The translations under genes and the position numbers were made by a program. Shown here piece by piece: positions 57,995-64,000 of a DNA stretch of 64,000 nt. Numbering within the stretch: position 1 is the stretch's first letter; every line of letters begins with the position of its first letter. Origin of the DNA: Eledone cirrhosa. Lineage: Eukaryota. The stretch is taken from assembly GCA_964016885.1 (NCBI GenBank), contig OZ024741.1, positions 87,234,001-87,298,000 on the forward strand. The letters are read 5' to 3'. Below the pieces are notes generated by a model. That model was given only the letters and a program-made list of their open reading frames with translations. It was not told the origin of the DNA and made no database searches.

Positions 57995-58430
57995 TGTCTG
58001 TGATCTATATACACTGGTCATAGACACACACACATATACACGCACACATATATATATATATTTCATCACACACTCACACACACACATATATATATACACA
58101 CACACAACAACACCAGAAGCTCTCTCTCGCTCTCCCTCTCTCTTCCATTCTCCTTCTCTGTCTCCTCTCCCTCTCTCTATGTCTCTCTTTCAATCTACTC
58201 TCTCACAACCACAATCTCTTTCTATCTTTCTTTATCTATCACTGTTTATGAAGGTACCCGGAAAAACCTAATATATCAGGAACCCGATTTACGCGAGACA
58301 TTTTTTATTCCATTTGTATTCCCATTTCAGGGTCAACTTCCTTTCAAAGTATTTTCCCATTATGCGCCCTTTTGGATGTATGACATTACATACAAGAAAG
58401 CAAGCAAGCAATCACAGACTTTTAGTAATA
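57106..58430 (-). mobile_element. Two head-to-tail non-autonomous Helitron-like copies
   Basis: Units of about 57106-57765 and 57766-58430. Junction ttttagtaatata|ctagaccacccgtggcccgttgggtcacg (CTAG plus hairpin). Confidence 0.7.
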
Positions 58431-58615
58431 TATATATATCACAGAAAAAAGAGAATCAGTGTTGCGAGGAAAGGAATTTATTGGACATATTACAATTTTT
58501 TCTCGGGCGACCAGCTCGAGGCACGATCGATGTGGTGATCAAACCTGACTCTGAAATTGCGCGGTGTCTGTGATCTATATACACTGGTCATAGAAACACA
58601 CACATATACACACAC

Positions 58616-58707
<92 letters not shown>

Positions 58708-58719
58708 CTGTGTGTGTGT

Positions 58720-58808
<89 letters not shown>

Positions 58809-59338
58809 TGCGTGTGTGTGTGTGTGTATGTGAATGTGTCTGTTGACACCTGGAATATATCTTAAGAGAAATTTGAAGATAATGATATGATAGGCACCCA
58901 ATATTTTGAACTGGTTTATAGAATTCTCTTGGTCTTTGTCACTCTAAGTGGAACTTTAAAGAATTAGCTTTTAAAGAATTTCCTTTTTCTTTAAATCCAT
59001 CAACCATGATCGACCCCCAACGATATTATAGACACCTGAAATATAAGCATCGTTAGCTTAAGAGAAACTTAAAAATAAGAAGTGGCACCCCATTCTGAAC
59101 TTGTTTATAGAATTCTTTCTGCCTTTGTCACTCTAAATATAAATTATAGCTTTAAAGAATTAGCTTTTAATGAATTCCCTTCCTATCAACCAATTACCTT
59201 CACCCATTCCACTCCCAACCCTCTCCTACCACCTGAAAAGAGCTATAAATACAACATTTATTTTTGGAAAGCCAGATTCCTGATGATTTCTAAAGAATGA
59301 AACAGTTCTAGTCCTGTAGAATCTCATCTATATTAAAA

Positions 59339-59397
<59 letters not shown>

Positions 59398-59399
<2 letters not shown>

Positions 59400-59593
59400 C
59401 GAAAAGTATGACCCCGACGGTAGAGCTCTAGCCGTTTCGACGGTTATTTCTGGACTAGTCCAGAAATAGCCCTCGAAACGGCTAGAGCTCTGCCGTCGGG
59501 GTCATACTTTTTCCTATTTCCCATTCTACTACCCTAAGTATTGAGTACTCTGGTGCGTTATGGTCCATCTGTTTCCTTACCACAATTCCTTTG

Positions 59594-59597
<4 letters not shown>
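59398..59597 (+). mobile_element. Family A fold-back copy in (TA)n
   Basis: Palindrome centred on ggactagtcc (about 59452-59461). Confidence 0.85.
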
Positions 59598-59670
<73 letters not shown>

Positions 59671-60084
59671 TGGTGGCTGCCAACTCGTTTTCGAGTACGG
59701 CCACTACTTTATATCCATGTAGGAGAACCCCTACCGATGCGCTGAACGAGTGTGACTTTTTAGTCCAGCCAGCGAGACTTGAAAACACTGGTACAAACAC
59801 TACACTTGTGACAATTATTGACACATAGTGCTGGGCCCATGGTACCATGTGACGACAAGTGCAGAGAGATCTGCAGATATAAAGCAATGCCTGTGCCGTG
59901 AAGCTTTTATAGTGAGCGAAGGCACTGCACAAAGCCAGTCCCACTCTCTTAACCAAGATGATATTTACCAAAAAGAAGAACAAGTCAACATCATTGAATA
60001 CCATCAGAGTTGCAGGTGTTATATCAGAGTTTTCCTTCTCCTAGAATTCTGCCTTGACAAAGGCTAAGGGGTCATCTCTCCCAT

Positions 60085-60151
<67 letters not shown>

Positions 60152-60157
<6 letters not shown>

Positions 60158-60563
60158 ATTAAATAAATGGAAACTATATTTATAAAACCATATCTATTTC
60201 ATTATATATATTTCGGGGATATCATATTAACAATATGCTATGCCTTCCTCAGACAAAATACAATATAAACAGTTTTATAGATAAATAGATTCGACATACC
60301 GTTATAACACCGACTTCCATTTGAAGAGGTTTAAGCTGGCAATCTATTTATCTATAAAACTGTTTATATTGTATTTTGTCTGAGGAAGGCATAGCATATT
60401 GTTAATATGATATCCCCGAAATATATATAATGAAATAGATATGGTTTTATAAATATAGTTTCCATTTATTTAATATTGTAAATATACTCCAAATATTTGT
60501 CGAGTGCTTTTATATCAGTTATAAATATTTACTAGTTGTAACCCAACAATTTTAAATATAACT

Positions 60564-60566
<3 letters not shown>
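60152..60566. mobile_element. Fold-back element with two opposed HHRs (60196-60259 minus, 60373-60436 plus)
   Basis: Perfect arms of about 140 bp. attttgt-CTGAGGA-..-GAAA-tatata-TA-atgaaat. Confidence 0.85.
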
Positions 60567-60618
<52 letters not shown>

Positions 60619-60774
60619 CATACATACATAATAACATAAACGGAGAAACCTAATAGCGACACCCCGACCAATTTCCAACTACCCACTCAACAAACATTAG
60701 GAAATACCGGAGTATATTCCCAATTAAACGTTTGGAGTGCTAACTATATTGTATTGTGTGGATAATTGGCTGTA

Positions 60775-60817
<43 letters not shown>

Positions 60818-61243
60818 ATTAACACGTGACAGCTATAGATACGATACGCTGCTTCTAGCAGCAACATTTAGCCTATCACCCCTGTTCTGGGTAGAACGAA
60901 AAGCCTGTTGAAAAAAAAACCGAATCCTCCGTTCGATCATGAATACCACGAGCTTGTCAGTCACGTAAGTCTGATATTTGATTTCGGATTCAAATAAACA
61001 CTTTAAACGTAAAATCGTTTGATTTGTCCAGGTGTATTTTTCTCAACCTGTTAGTTCTATCGTTACTTTGGTATATTTTTGTGTGTTAGATTTTGCCTAC
61101 CACTTTTCGATTTGTCAAGCTATTTAAACGCATGTTCTTAGTCTAAGGACCTAACTTATCGAGTGCTTTGCTAACTCATCATTTCATATAAGTAGGCCGA
61201 ATTTGCTTGCAGACCGCCAGAGATTCGATTTTACTAAATTTCC

Positions 61244-61319
<76 letters not shown>

Positions 61320-61359
61320 ATATATATATATATATGTGTGTGTATATATGTATATATAT

Positions 61360-61889
61360 ATAACAAAGAAAGTCTTAAGAAACTAGGTAGACCATAACGT
61401 ACCAGAGTACTCGATATTTAGGGTAGTAGAGTGGGTAATAGGAAAACAGTCAGGACCCCGACGGTTGAGCTCCGGCCGTTTTGACATCTAGATCCGGAGC
61501 TCAGCCGTCGGGGTCCTGACTCTTTTCATATATATATGAACTTGACGTTACCATCACTAAACTATATATGTATGCATGGACATTATGCAACTTGTTATAT
61601 AACTCCCAGGAACCCCAAAACCCATCGGAGATTTTTATCGATTATATCGATTTAAATCAATATGAGATGGTCCAGGTAGGTTTTCAACTTTACTGTATTT
61701 ATCGTTGTAGTGGTATATGTATTGCCACTGGCTTCGATCATTCTTCTTGGTTACACACTTTTTAACTGTTGTGTATACTCTAGAAGGTTATGTATTAACA
61801 TATCGCTCTATTGAGTGCTTTGTGATTGCCTGAAACAACTCGATTACTACCTTCTATATGGCAGCTACAACTTCGATTCATACCTAATA

Positions 61890-61942
<53 letters not shown>

Positions 61943-62124
61943 CGAACAAAGTGTGGTAAGGAACCAGGTGGACCATAACGCACCAGAATACTCGATACTT
62001 AGGGTAATAGAGTGGGTAATAGGGCAAATGTCAGGACCCCGATGGCTGAGCTTCGGTCGTTTCGGCAGCTAGATCTGATTGTCGAAAACAGCCGAAGCTC
62101 AGCCGTCGGGCTTCTGACTCTTTT

Positions 62125-62130
<6 letters not shown>
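61360..62130 (-). mobile_element. Two further family A fold-back copies (61360-61530 and 61940-62130)
   Basis: Homologous to 7993-8230. Each is bounded by TA runs. Confidence 0.8.
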
Positions 62131-62207
<77 letters not shown>

Positions 62208-62209
<2 letters not shown>

Positions 62210-62302
62210 AGGATGAATATAAAATGAAAGTGCTTTTGTTAAAAAAGGAATTTATAAATTCCTTTTTTAACAAAAGCACTTTCATTTTATATTCATCCTT
62301 TT
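62208..62302. repeat. Perfect palindrome of about 95 bp next to (TA)n
   Basis: aaaggatgaatataaaatgaaagtgc..aatttataaatt..gcactttcattttatattcatccttt. Confidence 0.9.
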
Positions 62303-62405
62303 TACATTTCTCCGGAATATAATTTATACTCGTTGAGCAAACCTGCACGTACGCTGTTCATCTCTAACGTAACGATATATTATCACTACATTATTGATAA
62401 CCTGA

Positions 62406-62460
<55 letters not shown>

Positions 62461-62464
<4 letters not shown>

Positions 62465-63830
62465 ATGATATTCAATAAATGGAAACTATATTTATAAAAC
62501 CATATATATTTTATTATATATATTTCAAGAGTACCAAGACAACATTGGTACGGTTTCATCAGATAAAATACAAAGTTTGTTTTATAAATAGAGACATACC
62601 CATGAAAAACATACCTTATCGGTTGGAAATTCACTGGATAGTGGAAATATATTAGGGATTATTCAAACTTATGTGTGAATATGAAAATGAATATGTAAAT
62701 CACTGAAAAACAACCGTTTATTTAAATGACACTGGAGAAAGAGAGAGAGAAAAAATACAAGGGGATAAAGATAAAAAATATTACGAGAGAGATAGAGAGA
62801 AGAAATAAACAAGAGGATGAATAAAACTCATATAACGTTAATTTGGGGGAAATATATTCTAAGTATATATCTTAACAATACGTGTATTTACTATTATTAG
62901 TTGTTTAAAATTCGTTTCTAATATATTTTCTGTTATAAGTAAATAAATAAATAAATAAATAAATAGATAAATAGATAAATAAATGAATAGATGGGTATAT
63001 TATGTTATAGATAATTGTTTTAATGAGTTATGAGGGATATTGGTTATGTATTTAATGTAAGTAATAAGAATATTTATATTTATATATTTTAAAGAATATT
63101 TATATTTATATATTTTAAAAGGGAAGATACGGAAAATTCCAGTTTAGTTTATTTATTCGTTAGTATGAGACTATTTAGTCGAAATAAGTATAAATGTTGA
63201 AATATATATTTAGCCAGAATCAGTTAGTGATTATAAATCTAATAAAAAATATTGAAAAAATATAAAAAAATTTGAGAGAATTAAAAAAAATATATATAAA
63301 AAAATAATGTAATTTTTAAAAGAGATAAAAAATTAAAGAAATAAAAAATAAAGAATTAAAAATTATTAAGATTAAAATTATAATTAAAATTAAAATTAAA
63401 ATTTAAAAATTAAAATGTTAAAAAAATTTAGAATTATATATGTATATATTTTATGAAACTTTAAGAAGTGAAATTATAGCAAATGATTTAGAGATATCAA
63501 TATATTAAAACCAAGTGGATGATTGTTATGGAGATAAGTAGAAATATTATAAGTGTAATTATAATTTATATATAGTTCTAAACGTTGAATTCGGGCGATG
63601 TCTACAAGAATTAAATAAATTCGTTCTTAGATTAATAGAGTTCTTACATTTAAGTATGAAAAAAATTTCCTCAACACACAATTTGCAGAATCTAGAGAAA
63701 GCTGTGTTTTGGTACGCGGGTGCTTTTGAAATTATTTCCCAAGTTAATGAATAGTCAATATTCTTGCATTTTAAGTTCCATATCAAGTTTGAAAGAGAAT
63801 TTGAAGATTTTTTTATCAATTCTTTTGAAA
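62461..63830 (-). mobile_element. Hydra-type PLE 3' remnant with an HHR (62507-62569)
   Basis: LSNLIWNLK..YSLTWEIISKAPAY..CKLCVEEIFFIL..NLRTNLFNSCRHR. ttttat-CTGATGA-aaccgtacca..tggtactctt-GAAA-tatata-TA-ataaaa. Confidence 0.82.
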
Positions 63831-64000
63831 GAGCATTTGTGATTAATCCAGCGACTTTTAAATTCTGTAGAAGTTGCATCTACATAGTTAAATATATTAT
63901 CACTGGTTTTGACTGTATATTTATAGACCACATCCTTATCTAAACATTTATTTTGTAAAGGACAGTTTAATTTAATTCTACAGTTACATTTTGCGGAGTT

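Overview
AT-rich, microsatellite-dense animal genomic DNA. The SINEs and (TA)n/(CA)n density look octopus/cephalopod-like, which is an inference. Nearly all listed ORFs are microsatellite artefacts. The only host coding sequence I can support is one 161-bp minus-strand exon (2715-2875) of a rhodopsin-family neuropeptide GPCR resembling trissin receptors, so most of the window is probably intron. The window is dominated by retroelements. There are three long Penelope-like elements (PLEs; RT + GIY-YIG) and several remnants from at least three PLE lineages. Also present are an R4/Dong-type LINE, RTE and CRE fragments, a DD37D (maT) transposon, non-autonomous Helitrons and tRNA-derived SINEs. The most striking pattern, read by eye, is about 30 intact or decayed type I hammerhead ribozyme (HHR) motifs on both strands. 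They lie in PLE pseudo-LTRs and in short non-coding, circularly permuted or fold-back elements inserted in (TA)n tracts (retrozyme-like; monomers of about 329, 519, 654 and 704 nt). Many have greatly enlarged stem II domains or recurrent core variants. All RNA folds are manual and untested.
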